Shown piece by piece: positions 23,489 to 34,810 of a stretch of 34,810 bases of DNA; the first letter of the stretch is position 1; each line of letters begins with the position of its first letter. Below the pieces are notes generated by a model. That model was not told the DNA's origin. It ran no database searches and saw nothing but the letters and a program-made list of their open reading frames with translations. Position numbers and translations under genes: made by a program. This DNA comes from Tubiluchus corallicola. Taxonomy: Eukaryota; Animalia; Priapulida. The stretch is from assembly GCA_030141605.1 (NCBI GenBank), contig JAQGDQ010001558.1, positions 1-34,810 of the forward strand. The letters run 5' to 3'.

Positions 23489-25889
23489 ATCAACAAGTTC
23501 TGCTCTCAGCCAGGTAATTATTCGTGTTGCTCATCATAAATAATCGTTAGATTGTATTTTATTTAAAAAAATTTCTCGTGTTATTTATATCACGTATTTT
23601 TGTATAAGATATTGTCGTCTCTGTACCATTGGTATTTAGAATAAATAAACCTCAATAAATAAACATGGAAGTTTTTAGTTCTGCCATCGAGTCAGTAAGA
23701 CAAACCTGCCCTGACATTAGACTGTAGCCCAACGACTTATTTTTTGTGCAAAAATAGTTTTTAGAAATAGGCATCTGTGCAAAATGTTCACAGCGACCGG
23801 AAACTACCCCATGGTTTTTCCACGTGACACGCCCACATGTCACTCCGACACAAAGGTGAATTCTAAACTTATACATGTCTTCAACTTTCGACTTAGACCA
23901 GGTGTTTGAGAAATCGACATTTTTCCACAGAATTCATCCACTACTCCAGCAACCGTGGCCCGGTGACTTCAGCGGGCGGTCCCTCTAGCGGAAATAAGTG
24001 GAAATAATTTACCTCCTTATTCAGTGGCCTCACTTCTTCGACGTGGCGGCTACCATTCAGGGTGAAATTGAGATTGAGGAAAGAATAGACTGGAAGGCTA
24101 GGTAAACACGGGGGATGTTAACACAAATAAAGAGCGGAACGTTTTGTAAAGAAATATGGAGAGAGTTGCATGTGTAGTTTTGTAGGTGCACGATAAGCTT
24201 TTCTGAGGAATTGACGAAGTCTTTTCAAAATTCTACAAAGAGTTTGTAAACAACCAGAATCACTAATCAGTAGGGCACTAATTAGTGTATTTCAACTCGG
24301 ATGAGTAAGTTTTTTGGTTGGTTATGTGAAGAACCGAAGTTCATCAACTTAACCATGAAGAAATCTCCAAAAACAAATGATAAGTTTTGAAACCGTTTCG
24401 TTTATAAGCACTCATGCACTCCTAAACGTTTTTTCTTTAACACGAACAGTAACGAATTCGAAACCGACCGACAATGTCAGTAGAATAAGTAACAGAAAGT
24501 TAGCTTACTAATTTCCTAACTAATAATTCCCAAAAAAGATTAGCTAATTAATTTATTTACAACTAAATTTGCAAAGAAAATTAAGGCAATTTCCAAAAAA
24601 AAAACAAAATTAGCTAACTAAGTTACAATCTAATTTGCAGAGAAATAAAATTACATAACTAATTTCCAAACTAATATGTAAATAATTAGTTAACTATAAT
24701 TTGATTTGCAAATCGCTGTCAATTAGACAGATATTTCTGACAAACTTTCTTCCGTCACAACAAACATCTTCCCCTTAACTCATTTATCTAAATTACAAGA
24801 AAATTATAAACATAATCATTATATATGTTCAACAGCAAATTCTTTATTTCCCAGGGATTTAAATAATCCTTCGCGACACGACTGCAAAAATTTAGAACCG
24901 GTTATAACGAATAAGTGCGCGTTTAAAATAATAGTCTCACTATTGATCACTTTTACTTAGAAAAACATAATAACTGACGCCCGGGCGTCACGAAAAGAGA
25001 ACCCATTCTCCTTCCGCTCTTTTTCGCATTCCCATAGAGAGCGAACACAAAAACTAGCTCTACGCTTCACCTACGTCAAATTATACCTGTTATCATAATC
25101 ATTCTCGTAAAAATGCAATTAAATTTGCGCGTCAAGGTACCCAGGTACGGAACGTGAACAGGTAAAAGCGTGAGAATATGGAAGCGATGTAAAAAAAACT
25201 CCAGTAAGGTACTGACCAGGTAATAATCCGGTTTTCATACATGGCTATTATACTGGTACATGTATGAATGTTTGTAATAGGTAACTGACTTTGGTACTGA
25301 GTTATAGGTGCATAAAAAAGCTTTTTAGTTTCCAGTATAGTAACGTCAACCTTCCGTCAGCTATGTTACAGTTTGAACATAACATTTTCAGTAAAACTTT
25401 AATAGTTTTACATTGTTAATGATGGCCATTAACAATTCACTTTTTCAGAAAGTGCAAATGATGCAAAAATGTTGAATCTTCGCAAACTAAAGTATGGTAT
25501 ACCGCTGAGATGCTATACATCAGAGCGCTTAATGTGGATGACTGTGGCGGGACAGGAATCTGATTCGCTGTACTTTGATGAATAGGATTATACCACGCCA
25601 AGGCTGGCCAGTGTACACTGAATTTTTCTCAACAGCCTGGGTTCAAGTCTCATATTGTGCGGTTTCTTTTGTTACGGTGTTTCTGGATGTATTACTACAG
25701 AGATAAATGACAATCCAGGACGTTACAATACAATCCATTAAAATACATTAGAAACACATTATAATACATTACAAGTTGATCGAAAAAACTACAGAGATAG
25801 AGATGTATATAACCCTATATCCAAACTTGGCTAAGATAGCTGTTTAGTGGTTCATCTCGCTTAGAGGCTTGACCTACGACTCCATGAGG

Positions 25890-26130
25890 GCGTAATGCGT
25901 AATGCGTGATGCGTATTCAGACGATAGCCATCACGTTCGAGTGAATATATATCACGCATCAACGCATCACGGATTACGCATTACATACACATGGAAACAC
26001 TTCCACGTGTTTAAATGTGAACTGTTGTATACGCATCACGCATTACGTACACATGGAAACACTTCCACGTGTTTAAATCTAAATTGTTGTATACGCATCA
26101 CGCATAACGGATCGTACGTAACGCATTACT
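25890..26130. mobile_element. MITE-like element with inverted ends and an internal ~63-bp tandem duplication
   Basis: cgtaatgcgtgatgcgta at the left end pairs with tacgcatcacgcattacg; tacacatggaaacacttccacgtgtttaaat occurs twice. Confidence 0.6.
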
Positions 26131-29100
26131 AGTTTTAGCCGTGATGTTGGCCAGTTCCAATGACTCGGTCTCGCCCACAAACATCAACGTGAGTAGGCCG
26201 TTTCGCTGAATGCTATGGCACTGCCCAGTGTCCAGCAGCACTGCCCAGTGTCCAGGTGTACAAACATTAATAATACTAGAGGAGGAAAACAAGCAGCGAT
26301 GGACAGAGACGTTGTGTCGGATTTTCATTTTTTATTATGGCAGTTTTATTTAAAATTGTACTAATTCTTGATATTAACATTTTAACAATAATTTCTCTGT
26401 CGATTTAATTACAAAATATATACACAATGTTGTCTACGCGCAGGTATTCTACTTTATTCAGCTTAAAGCACAAAAACATTTTAGTTACATAAAGCTAAAA
26501 AATTTCCTCATGAAGTTTTGCATCACTTACGTACTGCCTTATTGCGCACAGAGCTTGTATTAGCAGCAACGCCGTATAAAACTTGTAAATTTAAACTCCA
26601 TCGGTGACCTTTAGGCGCAGCCATTTTGACGGTAGGTCGGTTGAAACAAATTTAGATAACATTGCGTGAAGTTTGAAAAAATAATCAGAGCATTCGTAGC
26701 GCACAAGTCACTAACTAATAAAATTTAAAGTTACTGTAATCTTGTCAATAAGATTAAAAATACATTTTTGGTTAGTGAGCGGTGCACAGTCGGAAGGAGA
26801 GCTAGTGACAGTTTGCTGGTAGACGCGAACATTTTAAATTACTAGTTACATAAGTCTTTCAAATAAATAAGCGTAATGAAAAGTAATACAACTTTGTGTG
26901 CAAACTATTTTGGGATATACTTTAAAATTGCCTGTTGTTCCCTTTGAAGTGTGAGTCTTCACTGTCCTGTGCTAAATATACAGTTTCCTGAATATAAGAG
27001 ATTATCAACAACTTGCTTAAGTTAAGTTCACATGCATGCGTGTTCTGAAACCCAACCTAACTCAAACGGGGAGTGGACACTTAAAATTATAGTGTTCCCT
27101 AAAGCAAGCATATCAGTATCACCTAGAGACTCGCCTGTAATCGGTTTTCTTGGGTAAATGCAAAGCGGGTTAGGAGGGAGAGGGGCTGTGATAAATTCGA
27201 ATATCAGTATTATTTTATCTTAGAAGAGATGCTTACTTAGAAGAGATGGAAATAGAAGCACAAAATATAGTACAGCAATTTATAAACATTTAGAAAAAGA
27301 ACCTAAATTACAATATTGAACTTTTTTCTTAAAGTTCTAGGTTAGTTTGAAATATGATAAAATCTAAAGTAAGTTACGTCACTAAATATAATTTACGTCA
27401 ATCACGGAATTGTAATCTATGAAGAACTCAAAACCCGGAGATTAAAATTTCGAATCCAGTGTGTCGCGCTGCAAAATATCTGCTACCATCTACAGAGAAA
27501 AAAAGCAAAATTCTAGATGGGTCTTATTAGATAAATTAACTTATTTTTAAAACGTCTTTGGTTACCCCATTGACATTCTTAAGTGAAGAAACACGTGCAA
27601 ACCTGCGCTCTTCTAACTGTCAAATTTTCAAACAAACTGGCAATTTTTCAAGCGCTAAACGATCGTCCACTCAAACACTAATCTACTCACATGACACTTT
27701 TAACAAGTCATTTAACTTTTACACACGTAAACACAGATGCCTCAACAAGTTTCTGGGCTAGTGAAATAAAAAGAGGCGGCGCATCTCGAATATCACTTCC
27801 TAGTGTAAAAAAACTCCCGCCCGAAGCAAACTAGGCATAAGCACTCTTTATCAAAGACATGTGGTCCAGAGGTAACATGTTCTTATATAGCGTGAGAAAA
27901 ACTACAAGTTGTAAAACGTTATACACGTGTCAACAAAAGAATAAAATTTGTTATAGTTAACTATAATTATTGGTAATGACAATACAGATAAACTATTGTT
28001 AATCTAATATTCCTAATTATTGTTTAAAAACAGTGCAAAATGAGCTAAATAATATATAGCTTAACAATCATTATAATTTCTGGTATTATTATAACTCTAC
28101 GTGCAACAGTTACGGGACATACGATACGTATAATGTAATACTGTATGTGCAATATCTTTATTAACATTTTTATACATATATATTTCGTCTCTGCAATGTG
28201 TCTGTGTGTATAACCCAATAAATTTAAATTTAAATTGAAACTAACTACTAAATTCAAATATTGACTTTTTACTTTCGAAGTATTCTAAGTACATGCATTT
28301 ATACCTTGTATAGGTTCATATTAATTTCATAGGCCTATCTGCTGCATTCAGCCTACCTTTGACAAAAAAAATGGACGTGTATTATACGGTTCAGTTGTTA
28401 ATCAGTTGTGAGGATGTTGCACTTTGAGTAAAACAAAGCTTTTCTTCTTCATAGCTGGACATGAACCCAAACAATAATATAAGCAGTAATCACAGTTCAT
28501 TCAATCTCTGACACTCCCGATTTATCGTCGTTACTTATGAATATTTTAGCAGCAAAATTTAATTATGAAAGTGGAAAATGACGTTTGTTTTTGCGCGAAG
28601 AATTGTCATTATCCAGACGGATAGATTACCGTTCTGGCTCCCCATTGTATACCCAGCAAACACCTGCATACCCTGAGCAAAGCCAGGGCCAGGTGCAAAT
28701 AGGCGTTAGCACGCGTAATTCAGACTCCAACTGTTAAACCCGCTCGGTACAAAGCACAAATGCTGCATGTATATTCACTATGTAATAATTATTGAAACGA
28801 CCGTTATGTGCTTTCAAAGCTATTAGAATCTCTACGGAGTATGAAAATCATTCAGAATTTCAGGCAGGACTCTATATCAAACGTACGGTTTGGCCGCTCA
28901 ATGGCCACTCAGGGGTAAAGGGCTCACACAGCAGAAAAGAGAAAATATTAATAAAAAGTTGTTAAATCCGCCTCAAAAATTATAGGAATTGAACAGCAAT
29001 CTATGGCATATTTGTATGAAACTAGGGTCGCAAAAAGAGAGCAAGTTATCATGAAAGATGAAATAAATACTTTGAAATGCTCCTCTCTGGTCGTAGATTC

Positions 29101-30360
29101 CGCTCAATTAACGCTAAAACCGCAAGAACTTTAAATTCTTTCTATCCCATTGCAATTCGCACCATCAACAGTAAATTTCAGTTAAATCTCCAAAATTAAT
29201 TCTCAATGTCACTGTACAACTGATTGAATTATTTGTGTTAATCTCCTTGTTGTTCCCATAAGTTATTGCAGTACGTAAAACCACATAAATTTCATTGTAT
29301 GTATTATGCTATAATGACAATAAATTGCTTACTTATTTACCAAAAGCCCAGAATATTCTTATGACAAATTCGATATTGATGAGACTCATTTTCAAACAGT
29401 ATTTTTCCTAAAGCGAGTGAGGTTGCAGACTTGTAGTGAGGTGGCAGACTTGTACGTAAGAGAATTCAATGAATGGTGGCGAATTCCACAGATAAGAGAC
29501 CCAATGGAAAAATCTGGATTTATAAACAGCTATTCTGCTGTTGGAGATATCTGCTTAGGAATTATCCGGGGTAAAAATACGAGAAACAGCAACAGTACTT
29601 GCTAATTTACAAAGGAACTTTATAGGTAGAGACAAGAATAGATGGCCCTTCAAAGTTAAAAGTCGTTTATAAATTAGAGTCAAAGAACAGGAAGACAATT
29701 AGGCAACCAAATTTGACAACTGATACTACTACATGGGGAACAAGCTCATTAGTCATTAGTGAGAGGTTACCAAAGCTGAGACTCGTTTTTGCTCTTGTTA
29801 ACCCCGCACTTAGCATTAATTAGTAACCAAAGTAACCAAGCACTTACACTACACACCATACAACTCTACACATCACCTACATTAATTTTAACCACTTCAT
29901 GAGGGATCGATAAACCGGCACGCTTAGAGAAAACTGGTAATGACGGTGAACGACCCAGCAAAAGGTCACCAAAATAAGTTTGGTCAACCACGTCCTTATG
30001 ATTTTGCTTCATTTCACACAAATATATTCCTGAATTTCAGAGTAGACCTCTTTAAAATACATCTATTTCTGCTTGCTTCATGCGTTGCTGTCAAACCCCA
30101 CATGTTGCTATTGTATATGAAGATATTACTTATTAGTTACATATTGAAGACTCGCAGCCTTATTTTGAGGGATAGTTTCTTATTGATCAAAGAACTGGTT
30201 TATTTTAAATAAAGCCCTACATTGCCTGCAGTTTCCTATTTTTAATATAATCTTCCTAGTTAAGTAGTGATCCCCATATATCTGCAACCTTTCCAAATAT
30301 ACAAAAATGAGTGCAATACTAAAAGTAAAAATATTACAAAAATGTGTAGCTTAGACCTAC

Positions 30361-30774
30361 CTGTTCTGGGGCAACTTGAAACCACGTTTCCTGAAGAACG
30401 TTTAGTCTCGTCTTATGATATTTTTGTGACGTCTTTACAGAGATGAATACTCGTCTTAATGAATCTGTGACAGGTATGTTTGGTGTATTGTTTAAAACAA
30501 CTTTGTTTGAATGTACAGACTCCATAGAGGTCCCGTGCGAAGTAAAGCGTTCATCAGAAATTTCCTGCAATTTAAACGTTCTATAACTAGGTTGAAGATT
30601 TTCTTTATCAGGAGAATTTTCAAGTTTCGTCTGGTTCTGTAATTTGACAAACTTTTCCTTGAGTATGTCTGCAGAAAGCACAGAGGTAATTGAGTGAAAA
30701 CGCAGAAACAAAACGAATACCAACATCGTAACTAATGTCGCTACCCGAACGGCTTTATAACAACACCTTTTCAT
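30361..30774 (-). CDS. fng: Fringe (O-fucose beta-1,3-N-acetylglucosaminyltransferase, GT31), coding exon 1
   Basis: Type II signal-anchor, stem, then VFISVKTSQKYHKTRLNVLQETW (cf. Fringe [24 protein letters not shown]). Donor CAG|gtaggt, phase 0. Confidence 0.95.
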
Positions 30775-31933
30775 ATTTACAATTCACAACATAGCTTTGA
30801 TTCCACATTATCGGCATGTTTAAAAGTTCTTGAGTTTTAGGTTCCGTTCAAGCTAAGAAAAATCACAAGGACAGTTTTCTCTCGGCAAGTCACTATCCTG
30901 CTCTATCTTCTGCAATTTCTGCTTCTTTACATACGCGTCACTTGTATCAACAAAATCAGAAGTGAAATTTTTACGAGAAGTGTTCAATTCAGTTAACTTT
31001 ACGCATGACAGTCCTGCAACTATAAGCTCAGAAACACAAAACAATGCGAAAACACTCAAATTATTTATTATCAATTTTATTATTAAACACTGTACACTGT
31101 AAAACATTACTTTTTCGAATATCATCTAGGGAGCGTAATAGAAGCCCCGTTTCGTTGCTCAAACATAATAACATTGACTGCGCGTTATACTGCCACGCAT
31201 ATGCAATGAGTCCATTGACCACCTGCTCCTTTGCACGATACTGTGACCCACTATTAAGCCTAATCAAGCTTTATCATAGCTTTATCGCGTAACTGTGTGC
31301 TACCGGTATTACACGACCAGAGTGAGCAGTTGCAACTAAGCCTTGTGCCAGCGGGGTGACAGCTCGGTTGCTGCTGATACTCAACCAACCAATGTAACCA
31401 CCCATGTATAGCTATAGTTCTTCTAACTTCAAGCTTCTCAGTAAGGCACAGTCAGGCTTGTCAGTGGCAAAAAGACATAGATAAGGCAATAGACGTGGAT
31501 GCATTACAAAGCGTTATTAAAATCTATTATTTGAATTTATTTCCGTAATGGGTAATAACACATGGTTGACATAAAAAAGTTAAATAGGTCTAGCACCGAA
31601 TACAAATATTTGCACAATTCTTTCTTTTCTAAATCCTCGCTCCGTCTCTTGTATACATTGAATGACAAAAGTGTCATTTGTGAGAGTATTCCACTCACTC
31701 CTATCTGCAACTAACAATGTAAGTTCTTGTGCTCAGGAAGCTAAATTTTCGTGTATAGTTGCTGAATATATTTATATATTATATATCTTATCTTAGTTAT
31801 CCACCAAGTCGCTTTTTGTTTGCTAGGTGGTATTAAATTTTACATATATTTTTTATTGGAATTCGTTAGAATACTTTGCAATAAAAATTTTAGATTAATA
31901 TTCTAATTTTAAATTAATATTGATAACTCTTTG

Positions 31934-32492
31934 GCTTGTTTAAAATTTACAGACTATTATAATAATACGGTTTTACATGCTCAGATGGTCACTTTAATAA
32001 TATAAGTGTAAGCTAGAAAATTACAATATAAGAACACTATTTTTATGAAACCTGTACATTATAATGTTAATCGTAATGAACCTGATAAATTACGCCAAAT
32101 TTAATTTTAAACCTAGAGTTACCCATACCTGTAAGACGTGTTGGCTCAGTTTGTTGGCTGTAAGCCTGTAAAATTGTGTTGGTTGAATCAAAATTAATTC
32201 TTCGGTTATGTTATTTTCAAGTTTCCTAAGTTTATTTACCTTTCTATAGCTTACTATCAATGCTCTAGAACGCTTTACAATAATTACAATAAAACATTAC
32301 ATATTCTGTTAATAAATTTCCATAAAAATGTAAATTGCATTAAAAGGATAATGATACATGATAATGTATTATGCAAAGCAATTTCAGTAATTACAGGATC
32401 AATTTGATACAGTTTTCTAGCACCAACTTATGTACTTTTGCTAAAGATTAGAATACGAGTTAATCTTGAATTTTGAGAAACTACACCATAAT
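31934..32492. repeat. Left arm of long inverted repeat B (true outer end unknown)
   Basis: Reverse complement of 34252..34810; no mismatch found by eye over 559 bp. Confidence 0.97.
32129..32165 (-). other. Candidate 37-nt micro-exon inside arm B (mirror copy at 34579..34615, + strand)
   Basis: aattttacag|GCTTACAGCC...TCTTACAG|gtatgg: canonical acceptor and donor around a GC-richer island. Confidence 0.4.
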
Positions 32493-32966
32493 CTCACCTG
32501 ACCTGACTTGTGAAGATCTTACCTTACTCGACCTAATATTCACCTGACCTGATATGACCTTACTCAATCTAATATATACTGATTCACCTGACCTAATTTG
32601 TTTGGTGGGTGTTTTTGTTGGTTCTTGCTTTACCCAACCTAATGTACACCAGAGAATGTAATATCCACTACACTTAAAATTTATGCGTAGTGGATATTAC
32701 ATTATTTGTCCAAGATATTACATTATTACATGACCAAGGCTGACATCACTTAACTCAAGCTTATTAACATTTGATCTGTTAATCGATGTGCATTTTTTTA
32801 TCATATTAGACCTAGGTTCTGTTTAGGCCGAAACCTTTAGAACCTAAACAATCTAATTTAAGTTCATTAGTCTATTTAGCCTAGTCGGTTTAACCTCACA
32901 AATTTTTACCTTTACACAAAACTGCTTAGCATACCACCCCATGAAAAGCTTAAAGTATTTACTAAC

Positions 32967-33070
32967 CTGGCAAAAAGTTCAATCGCTTGATATCGTACTT
33001 CTTCGGGCATTTTCAGTTTTTCGCAAAGAAGAAAAATAAACTCTACACTTATCACGTTAATGAAAACGCC
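32967..33070 (-). CDS. CNTD1: CNTD1 coding exon 2 (gene incomplete in window)
   Basis: ttttcag|GVFINVISVEFIFLLCEKLKMPEEVRYQAIELFA AG|gttagt; matches CNTD1 GRF...VEFVFLLSEQWCLEKSVSYQAVEILER; phase 0 to 2. Confidence 0.85.
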
Positions 33071-33303
33071 CTGAAAAATTTCACGTAATCTTGCAGAAAT
33101 GCACACATTTAACGGCTAAAATACAAAATTTTTTTTCTTTAAAAAAACAAATTTAGGTGTTACACTGCAAAACGCCTGTCCTGAAAATCGCATAGTTACA
33201 TGATAAAAATTGCGATTTATCAACTTTCAAACTGGAACAAAAGATCAGAAAAGAAATACAGAAACCAAATTTTCATGTAAACATCCACATTTTCCAACCT
33301 CAC

Positions 33304-33447
33304 CTCATTTTCATCGGTTTTGCTGAAAGCTTCTTTATTTTGATCTGCCAGCACCTCAAACCATTCTTGGAGGACATCGTCAGAAAGGGGAGGATTCTGC
33401 GAATTGAAAAGTGGTTCTGGAGGTGTTCCAAAAATCTTGTTCGCCAT
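33304..33447 (-). CDS. CNTD1: Cyclin N-terminal domain-containing protein 1 (CNTD1/COSA-1), coding exon 1
   Basis: MANKIFGTPPEPLFNSQNPPLSDDVLQEWFEVLADQNKEAFSKTDENE|gtgagg, phase 0; parallels human CNTD1 ETIEDALLHLAQQNEQA (recalled, not searched). Confidence 0.8.
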
Positions 33448-34251
33448 TCTGTAAACAGTTACAGCTGTAGCGTTACAGGTCCAGAATTCCTACATATTTT
33501 TGAGTCTCCATAATATTTTTATAAAAAATACCTATATTATAATAAAAGCAAACGTTAAGCCTGTTGGCTAGTGGGTTGTTGCAAAATCCGACCGTATAAG
33601 TCGGATTTATCTTGAAGCCAACGTTTCACATTTGTACACCTTAACGAGTGTGGGCGAGAACATCATGGTTTGTTCCACTGTCACACTACCGTAGCCTGCA
33701 GGTCACCTTCTAAAATCATTGTTTCAAACTTTCCTTACCATGTCTAGCAGTGCAAAAATTGATAAAACAGGCAATCGTTTAACGCTCCACTCTCACTGAA
33801 ACTTTCAATTTATACGCGTTGTTTAATGGAATTTCGCTGGCCGAAGAGACATGGCGCCAGTTTATTTAATTAATAAAAAGTAACTGTATGTGGAGATTGG
33901 AACTACAACAGTGTAAATTACTGGCAGAGCTTTAACTAGTTTAAGTATCAAGCTAACCTCTGTCAACAAATACATAAAATTTTGGCGTTTAACGTAAACG
34001 CTCTCATCTTTGATTCTAGCACGTCAACAAAGTCATTGAATGCACTATTAGAAAATCAATAAAATTCTTGGGTAAAACAAGTAATAATTTAGATAAAAAA
34101 TAACAAAAAAATCTAGCAGCGGACAGATAGCATCGCGTGCTGTTGTTACGACGCTCCATCTGCCGAGGGAAAATGAATTAAAATGCAATTCTTTACGTTG
34201 ATTTTATTACCTTTTCAATTGAAATGACTCCAGAATCTTTTTAATGCATGT

Positions 34252-34810
34252 ATTATGGTGTAGTTTCTCAAAATTCAAGATTAACTCGTATTCTAATCTT
34301 TAGCAAAAGTACATAAGTTGGTGCTAGAAAACTGTATCAAATTGATCCTGTAATTACTGAAATTGCTTTGCATAATACATTATCATGTATCATTATCCTT
34401 TTAATGCAATTTACATTTTTATGGAAATTTATTAACAGAATATGTAATGTTTTATTGTAATTATTGTAAAGCGTTCTAGAGCATTGATAGTAAGCTATAG
34501 AAAGGTAAATAAACTTAGGAAACTTGAAAATAACATAACCGAAGAATTAATTTTGATTCAACCAACACAATTTTACAGGCTTACAGCCAACAAACTGAGC
34601 CAACACGTCTTACAGGTATGGGTAACTCTAGGTTTAAAATTAAATTTGGCGTAATTTATCAGGTTCATTACGATTAACATTATAATGTACAGGTTTCATA
34701 AAAATAGTGTTCTTATATTGTAATTTTCTAGCTTACACTTATATTATTAAAGTGACCATCTGAGCATGTAAAACCGTATTATTATAATAGTCTGTAAATT
34801 TTAAACAAGC
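34252..34810. repeat. Right arm of long inverted repeat B (runs off the right edge)
   Basis: attatggtgtagtttctc...ttaaacaagc mirrors 31934..32492. Confidence 0.97.

Noticed and set aside
30853-31125. ORF containing LSCVKL as a downstream CNTD1 exon
   Set aside because: Only a 3-4 residue resemblance to SCVQLASKL, a weak (GAG) acceptor, and no further cyclin-box similarity.

Overview
AT-rich, microsatellite-dense, intron-containing DNA, most consistent with an invertebrate animal genome (species not determinable). Most of the supplied ORFs are repeat-derived noise. Three real genes can be reconstructed by hand from GT-AG junctions. (1) A complete 8-exon Fringe glycosyltransferase on the - strand (30774..9153, 382 aa, 13.5-kb first intron). 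(2) A 161-aa two-TM protein whose first coding exon (1255..1438) is on the - strand while its phase-matched exons 2 and 3 (5256..5369, 7220..7407) are on the + strand. (3) Only the first two coding exons of the meiotic crossover gene CNTD1/COSA-1 (- strand, 33447..32967), pointing into Fringe with no further CNTD1 exons visible. Both misplaced gene pieces sit in the spacers of long inverted repeats that run off the window edges: 1..1078 / 1823..2935 (a few percent diverged) and 31934..32492 / 34252..34810 (no mismatch seen). The window therefore reads as a ~30.7-kb Fringe-containing block with a fold-back junction at each end. This fits the centre of an inverted triplication or palindromic amplicon, a pair of invertible first-exon cassettes, or an amplification/assembly chimera. 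Flanking sequence and raw reads are needed to decide between them.
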